Positions 28,550 through 34,233 of a stretch of DNA of 34,233 nucleotides are shown piece by piece. Source of the stretch: Candidatus Hydrogenedentota bacterium (lineage in GTDB: Bacteria; Hydrogenedentota; Hydrogenedentia; Hydrogenedentales; GCA-2746185); the NCBI GenBank assembly GCA_046583315.1, contig JAYGCN010000179.1:1-34233 (forward strand), given 5' to 3'. Both the position numbers and the translations under genes were made by a program. Positions within the stretch are counted from its first letter, which is position 1; the number at the start of each line of letters is the position of its first letter. The notes beneath the pieces were generated by a model. That model was not told where the DNA came from and did no database searches. It was given only the letters and a program-made list of their open reading frames with translations.

Positions 28550-29861
28550 TCCGCCTCGATATAGTCATTCGGGATTCACATTTACGCGACTAAAGCGAAC
28601 CGTGCGTCTTGGCGTCAAAAGCATCTATTCGCACGGTCTGCGTTCCCTGTTGACCGTGATGGGTATGGTTTTCGGGGTGAGTTCAGTGATCGCAATGCTG
28701 GCGGTGGGTGAAGGCGCTAGTTTTGAAGCCCAGGAACAATTGCGGCAGCTGGGTAGCAAGAACATCATCATCAAAAGCATCAAACCGGCTGAATTTGAAC
28801 AAAGTAGCGGTCGCGGCATGCGACCCTCCGCAGTGGAATACGGTCTAACCTATCTGGATATTCAAACGCTTGAGCAGTCGATCCGCTATATCGAAAACGT
28901 AGTGCCCACACGCATCATTCGTGAGAACGTCTGGCATCTTTCGCGCAAGGCCAACAGCGATATCATGGGTACGACAATCGATTACCCCGGCATCCGTAAT
29001 TTCTCCGTCGCAACGGGTCGCTTTTTTACCGAAAGTGAGTTCGTGAATCGAGACAACGTGTGTGTACTCGGTGACGAACTCGCCAGGGTATTGTTTCCTG
29101 TCGGAAATCCGGTCGGAAAAAAAGTGAAGGTCAAGGGCGATTACTACAGAATCGTCGGCGTGATGGAAGCGGCGGGATTTTCGAACCTGGGACAAAGTGA
29201 ATCGGGCTCTTCCAATTCTGTTCAGTTCCGAATGTACATTCCGCTGACTGCAGCAAAATACCGTTTTGGTGAAACACTCATCCGGCAGACTTCCGGCGGT
29301 ATGGAATCAGAGACGGTCGAACTCCATGAAGCCACGCTGCAGGTAGATAACCAGGATCGGGTGATTGAAGTGGGAGCCATCGTCAGCGAAATACTGGATC
29401 GTCGTCACAAAAAGGACGATTTCGAAGTGGAAGTCCCGCTGGCCTTGTTGCGCCAGGCCGAGGCGAGCGCACGCATGTTTAATATCGTGCTCGGAGCCAT
29501 CGCAGGCATCTCGCTGCTGGTCGGTGGTATCGGCATCATGAACATCATGCTCGCAAGCGTGACCGAAAGAACCCGTGAAATCGGGATTCGCCGCGCGCTG
29601 GGAGCCAAAAGACACGACATTGCCCTTCAGTTCCTCATTGAGACTGTCTTGCTGTCCGCCACGGGCGGGCTTATCGGTGTCGTAGTCGGCATCATCGTGC
29701 CCTACCTCATCACCTATTTCTCCGACATGATAACCATCATCGAATTTTGGGCACCGGTACTGGCATTCTCAATTTCCGGGATCGTAGGCGTCATATTTGG
29801 CCTCTATCCAGCTATACGGGCGGCCGATATGGACCCGGTAGAAGCGCTACGCCACGAATAG
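28530..29861 (+). CDS. ABC transporter permease (MacB/FtsX family)
   Basis: RSLLTVMGMVFGVSSVIAM, large periplasmic domain, SLLVGGIGIMNIMLASVTERTREIGIRRALGA, DPVEALRHE. Confidence 0.95.
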   Translation: MNAYHTDPPRYSHSGFTFTRLKRTVRLGVKSIYSHGLRSLLTVMGMVFGVSSVIAMLAVGEGASFEAQEQLRQLGSKNIIIKSIKPAEFEQSSGRGMRPSAVEYGLTYLDIQTLEQSIRYIENVVPTRIIRENVWHLSRKANSDIMGTTIDYPGIRNFSVATGRFFTESEFVNRDNVCVLGDELARVLFPVGNPVGKKVKVKGDYYRIVGVMEAAGFSNLGQSESGSSNSVQFRMYIPLTAAKYRFGETLIRQTSGGMESETVELHEATLQVDNQDRVIEVGAIVSEILDRRHKKDDFEVEVPLALLRQAEASARMFNIVLGAIAGISLLVGGIGIMNIMLASVTERTREIGIRRALGAKRHDIALQFLIETVLLSATGGLIGVVVGIIVPYLITYFSDMITIIEFWAPVLAFSISGIVGVIFGLYPAIRAADMDPVEALRHE

Positions 29862-29919
29862 GCCTCTTTTACGCCGTCGGGGCATTTGCGGTACCATAGG
29901 GGAGAAGAAGGGCGAAGCT

Positions 29920-31152
29920 ATGGCAACCATCACCAGAGCGCTGACCTACGACGTCAGGGCCATCGAAAACGACGAGGAACGACGGCAGGGCCTCGCGCTT
30001 ATTACGCGCGCCCATCGCTCTGAACGCCCCCGCGAAGTTCACTGGTTACGCCTTCACGCGCTCACAGGTCCACGCTATCATCCAAGCCATATTCGCGTAG
30101 CCATACGAAACAATCGCGTGATTGGCGCGCTGAGAATCACCAGCGACACACTGCGCGTGGGCGAATCGCGATTGAAGGTGGGAGGGGTCAGTTGGATTTC
30201 GGTCCTGCCGCGCTATCGGAATCACGGTGTAGGGCGTAGGCTGATTGAAGAGTCGATTCATTATCTGAAAGAACACGGCTTCCACGCAGCACTATGTTTC
30301 GTGCAATCGGATCTCTATCAACGTTCCGGGTTTACGACCGCATTTGAAGAGCGCGTCATTCAGATCCCGGTGTCACATGAACCTCCAAAAAGTGACGCGA
30401 TGGCGTATCGATGTCGACCAATCAAACCCGGCGATCTCGCGAATATTTACTGGATTCATACCGATAGCTATCGTGCCATTTCATGCTCTCTGTTGCGCGA
30501 ACGTGCGCATTTATCCAACAAATGGGAACTGATACGCCGGGCGCAGGTGATCACGGATTCCCACGGACTGGTCCAGGCCTACTTTCTACCCTCGAGCCAC
30601 GGTACGAATCTGTGCATCCAGGAAGCCGGTGCGCGCAGCCGCGAATTTTTCCCGATTTTGCTGGCGCACTGCAATCGCTACGCCCGGGACAACATGCTTC
30701 ATCAGGTAAACTACCGCCTCCCCGAAGAACACCCCTTGAATCGATTTCTGATGAGCAGAAGCGAAGGCGTGCCGGGTCCTGTCCTTCATGAATCCGTGGG
30801 CAGTCTGCGAATTCTCGATGTTGATGAAACACTGGAATCCATGGTACCTGAGTGGGAATTCCGACTTGAAAAGAGCTTATTGCGCGAACTGAACGAGGAG
30901 GTCACTTTGTTCGTCGACAAGACACCTTACCGGATTCGTACGCATCACGGGGTTATTGACATTGCGCGTCAATCCGGACGAAACAAGTTCAGTGTGGATC
31001 ACGCAACCTTCACACGGATCATTACCGGTATCGTTCGCATGAGCGATATTTTCGAGGTGTCTCCACGACTCATCTCGCCGGAAGGCAAGGCCTTGCTGGA
31101 GACCATTTTCCCATCGCGGTGCCCAACGCTAAACAATCTGGACCGATGCTGA
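29920..31152 (+). CDS. Eis-like GNAT acetyltransferase (GNAT-GNAT-SCP2-like)
   Basis: Acetyl-CoA motif VLPRYRNHGVGRRL, LYQRSGF, LRILDVDETLE and an SCP2-like C-terminus. About 410 aa, as in the Eis family. Confidence 0.75.
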   Translation: MATITRALTYDVRAIENDEERRQGLALITRAHRSERPREVHWLRLHALTGPRYHPSHIRVAIRNNRVIGALRITSDTLRVGESRLKVGGVSWISVLPRYRNHGVGRRLIEESIHYLKEHGFHAALCFVQSDLYQRSGFTTAFEERVIQIPVSHEPPKSDAMAYRCRPIKPGDLANIYWIHTDSYRAISCSLLRERAHLSNKWELIRRAQVITDSHGLVQAYFLPSSHGTNLCIQEAGARSREFFPILLAHCNRYARDNMLHQVNYRLPEEHPLNRFLMSRSEGVPGPVLHESVGSLRILDVDETLESMVPEWEFRLEKSLLRELNEEVTLFVDKTPYRIRTHHGVIDIARQSGRNKFSVDHATFTRIITGIVRMSDIFEVSPRLISPEGKALLETIFPSRCPTLNNLDRC

Positions 31153-31159
31153 GACGCAC

Positions 31160-32020
31160 TTAGTATTGGGCATCGTCGTCTGTTTCCTCTTCACGGGGCG
31201 GCTCCTCATCGGTGTCCGGCTCCTCAGCTTGCTCAAGGTCATCGATGTAGAAATCCGATTCCCAGACACGGGTCCCGCGCAGCCAGCTGAAGGATCCCAG
31301 GAAGAACGCCATCAGAAGCGTGATGATTCCTGCCAAAATTACCGAAAAGGTCATGCCGCTACCGTCCAGTTGAGCGACACGCGATTGCGTTTTTCCGATA
31401 AAGGCTCGAAATTCACTCTCCGGATTGCGCAGCGCATCGGCCTCCCAATATCTCGCGACCGCTGCGACATACTGCGCTTCTGCTTCGTCGCGTCTGCGAG
31501 CCATTTCATTGTTGGCTCTCATATGCTGTTCGGTTAAGCGCTGCACGGTTGCAATATCCGGTCGAGGCCCATAAAAATCATGAAGGCCTAAATCGGCGTG
31601 CTTCATAAACATTTCGTAGGTGCGCTGACCGTCACTGACGAGAATCGTGTGAGTCCACACGCCCTGATACCCCCTGCTCGATGTCAGGTCGAACACACCG
31701 CCAGCCGGCAAAGTCTCCTGACGCGCCTCCTCAAAATCGGTGGATTCGTAAATAACCACGGGATTGTTCGTTTGATACAGGTATCCACGCAACAGGGGCG
31801 GCGCATACACAATTTTGTTTACGGTGGGATACGCAGCCTGAAATTCTTCGATGGTGAATGGGGCCGGTCGGTCGTCGATGGGCGTATCAACGGCATCTGA
31901 GGTTTTTTCTTCCGCTTCTTCCATGAAATAGGTATGGACGTTGGTTGCCGTGAATATACCCGTGAGACTGGCGAATAGAATCAGGCTGGCGACCATATAA
32001 AAAGCAAAGAATTTGCTCAT
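31160..32020 (-). CDS. Hypothetical membrane protein (N-terminal TM, possible SH3b-like domain, coiled coil, second TM, acidic tail)
   Basis: ORF fills the gap between the GNAT gene and rnd. Two clear hydrophobic segments. GGAG upstream of the ATG at 32020. Confidence 0.8.
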   Translation of the reverse strand: MSKFFAFYMVASLILFASLTGIFTATNVHTYFMEEAEEKTSDAVDTPIDDRPAPFTIEEFQAAYPTVNKIVYAPPLLRGYLYQTNNPVVIYESTDFEEARQETLPAGGVFDLTSSRGYQGVWTHTILVSDGQRTYEMFMKHADLGLHDFYGPRPDIATVQRLTEQHMRANNEMARRRDEAEAQYVAAVARYWEADALRNPESEFRAFIGKTQSRVAQLDGSGMTFSVILAGIITLLMAFFLGSFSWLRGTRVWESDFYIDDLEQAEEPDTDEEPPREEETDDDAQY

Positions 32021-32095
32021 TCGAACAAGCTCCGTCGATAGTTCCAGTTGAGAACATTGTGCTCTATAGCGATTGTACCGTAATGGTAATCCCGA

Positions 32096-32110
32096 AGGAA
32101 ATGATTTCCT
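32096..32110. promoter_or_regulatory. Perfect 7-1-7 palindrome, candidate operator
   Basis: AGGAAAT-G-ATTTCCT in the middle of a divergent intergenic region. Confidence 0.4.
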
Positions 32111-32212
32111 ATCTGTGTTGAATAGAGTGCCTTCTTTATTTCGCGACCGATATCTTGCTACAGTAGGGAATTCTACTTGAAGCCGCATTTCGCCCGAGCC
32201 TGGACATATTCG

Positions 32213-33370
32213 ATGATTGAACGCCCGGCGTTTGAATACATAGTTACTGCCGATTCCTTAAACGAGCTACTCGACAAGCTTTCCGATGCCAATCGTGTTG
32301 CACTCGACACGGAAGCGAACAGTTTGCACAACTATTTCGACAAAGTGTGTCTGATTCAGCTTTCCTGTGACCATCACCATTTCGTTATCGACCCGCTCGC
32401 CGATTTCGATCTCTCGCCCTTTATCGAATGGCTCCGCGACCGGACGCTCATCTTGCATGGTGCCGACTTCGACTTGCGCATGTTACGGTCTACCTTCGGG
32501 TATCGACCAAACAAAGGGGTCTTCGACACGATGCTGGCCGCGCAGCTACTCAACTATGAGCGCTTTGGGCTCGGCGCGTTGGTGGAACAGTTCTGTGACA
32601 TCACCTTATCAAAAAATTCACAGAAGTCCAATTGGGCGCGCCGCCCGCTCTCGGGTACGCAATTGACGTATGCCATCGATGACACGCGCTTCCTGGAAGA
32701 CATTGTTGATATTCTCACCGAGCAACTGGTGGCCAAGGGGCGACTCGATTGGCACACCGAATGGTGCAACCGGATTATCGATGTCACCGAAAGCGATCTG
32801 GTGCGTGATCCGGATCGTGCATGGCGCATCAAGGGACTTGGCGGCCTGGATCGCAGGCAGTTGGCTTTTGTTCGTGCATTGTGGAACTGGCGCGATGCAG
32901 AAGCCCAACAGATAGATCGCCCGGCATTCAAGGTTTTGGGAAATCACCAGATCATCGATCTCGCGATAAATTCCGAGAATGATGCCACCTATCTGAGCAG
33001 CGGACACGTGCGGCTTCCCAAGAACTGTGTCGGGCCGAGGCTTCTAGCTCTGGAGAGCGCCATCAACGATGCCCACGACCTGGCCGTTTCGGAATATCCG
33101 ACGACACGCCAGAAACGGGAGAAACGTGAACCCATCGCGGATACAAAGGCACTGGTGGAGTCCCTCAAGAAAAGCTGCGGACAGCGGGCTGAGGAACTCG
33201 ACATTCAACCGTCTGTTCTCGCACCACGAGCCACTTTAACCGCGATCGCACGCCATCAAGTTCAGAATTTCGACGATGTCTATGCCGATTGCGGACTGAT
33301 GGACTGGCAGATCAATGAGGTTCGCGAGAATGTTGATCGGGTTCTCGCCAAGACCGCTACATCAAAGTGA
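32213..33370 (+). CDS. rnd: Ribonuclease D (DEDDy exonuclease with HRDC domains)
   Basis: ALDTEA, VCLIQL, LHGADFD, FDTMLAAQLL, SNWARRPL, YAIDD, HRDC LWNWRDAEAQQIDRPAFKVL. Confidence 0.93.
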   Translation: MIERPAFEYIVTADSLNELLDKLSDANRVALDTEANSLHNYFDKVCLIQLSCDHHHFVIDPLADFDLSPFIEWLRDRTLILHGADFDLRMLRSTFGYRPNKGVFDTMLAAQLLNYERFGLGALVEQFCDITLSKNSQKSNWARRPLSGTQLTYAIDDTRFLEDIVDILTEQLVAKGRLDWHTEWCNRIIDVTESDLVRDPDRAWRIKGLGGLDRRQLAFVRALWNWRDAEAQQIDRPAFKVLGNHQIIDLAINSENDATYLSSGHVRLPKNCVGPRLLALESAINDAHDLAVSEYPTTRQKREKREPIADTKALVESLKKSCGQRAEELDIQPSVLAPRATLTAIARHQVQNFDDVYADCGLMDWQINEVRENVDRVLAKTATSK

Positions 33371-34233
33371 TGGACGCGCATCAGCCCAGGGTTTAACGCT
33401 TTCGTACTGTGCGGCCGCCTGCATGACCAATAAATCTTCGAATCGTCGCCCTACTATCTGAAGACCAATGGGCAATCCCGCCTCGCTGAAGCCACAGGGC
33501 ACCGTTGCCGCGGGTTGTCCGGTCAAATTAAAGGGATAGGTAAAAGGTTGCCAGCCCGTTGAGGATACTTCGATACCGTTTACCTCATGCGGATACTCCG
33601 CCATGGTCTTGGGATGCTTGAAGGGCGGTATCGCCATAGTCGGGGTCAAAAAGAGATCGTAATTCTGAAAGAAGGTATGAACCCGAAGGTACAGCGCGTC
33701 GCGGCGGGTCAACGCAGCCATGTAGTCGCGGGCAAGCATGTCTTTGCGTTTGGTAATGAAGCGCGTGAGGTCCTCCGTCATGTCCGAGGTGCCATCAGGA
33801 TTGAGAAATTGGTATTCGCCACCCACCGCTTCAACGAATTGCACGCCCTGGAATATCTTTCGCGCGTCTGAAAAATCCGGGGTGGCTTCGGTCAGTTCAC
33901 AGCCCAACTCTTCGAAGGCTTTCACGCCTTCTTCGAAGCGCGCGACGACTTCCGGGTCGACTTCCGCATACCCAATGTCTTTTGAATAGGCGACCCGAAG
34001 CCCTTTGATGTCGCGTTGCAGGTTCTTCAAGAAATTCTGAGGCGGCAACGGGACGGAATGCATGTCGCGGGACTCATACCCGGTTAATACATCCAAGGCG
34101 AGTGCGCTATCGGCCACCGTTCGCGTCAGGGGGCCGTTGTGCGAGAGAGATGGCCATCCGTCGAATCCGGGGTCACGGCTAATCATGCCCTTGGTGGGTT
34201 TGATGCCAACAAGTCCGCAGAACGACGCGGGAT
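33362..34233 (-). CDS. Amidase-signature family protein, 5' end outside window
   Basis: PASFCGLVGIKPTKG at the window edge, GPLTRTVAD, FTYPFNLTGQPAATVPCG, GLPIGLQIVG. No GatA-specific motifs visible. Confidence 0.92.
   Translation of the reverse strand, partial: PASFCGLVGIKPTKGMISRDPGFDGWPSLSHNGPLTRTVADSALALDVLTGYESRDMHSVPLPPQNFLKNLQRDIKGLRVAYSKDIGYAEVDPEVVARFEEGVKAFEELGCELTEATPDFSDARKIFQGVQFVEAVGGEYQFLNPDGTSDMTEDLTRFITKRKDMLARDYMAALTRRDALYLRVHTFFQNYDLFLTPTMAIPPFKHPKTMAEYPHEVNGIEVSSTGWQPFTYPFNLTGQPAATVPCGFSEAGLPIGLQIVGRRFEDLLVMQAAAQYESVKPWADARPSL

Noticed and set aside
33362..34233. gatA assignment for the amidase
   Set aside because: No GatA-specific motifs in the visible part and no gatB downstream. 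It is called only as a generic amidase.

Overview
Gene-dense bacterial chromosomal segment (roughly mid-50s % GC by eye) from a diderm organism, since it encodes a TolC-like lipoprotein. Most of it is housekeeping. Left edge: a lone 3' fragment of a tRNA-Ala gene (~306-340) preceded by ~300 bp of non-tRNA DNA, best read as the displaced att end of an element integrated in tRNA-Ala and lying mostly left of the window. Then an internalin-type LRR lipoprotein, a cupin, a two-module pentapeptide-repeat protein, ychF, a NhaP/CPA1 antiporter, a secreted GlcG/HbpS protein and ggt. A co-oriented run follows: S41 protease-rph-rdgB-tsaC-rpiB-FlK thioesterase-hslU (no adjacent hslV)-pgeF/yfiH. Next is the rimP-nusA-infB-DUF503-rbfA-nrnA-truB-ribF operon with promoters and a rimP-leader hairpin. 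The right end has a TolC/MacA/split-MacB export system whose adaptor carries a large insertion, an Eis-like acetyltransferase, an unknown two-TM protein, RNase D and a truncated amidase. I saw no CRISPR array, rRNA, transposase or integrase, and no complete novel system is demonstrable from the sequence alone. The best leads are the att junction with an ORF reading through it, the elongated efflux adaptor, the orphan hslU and the unknown membrane protein.
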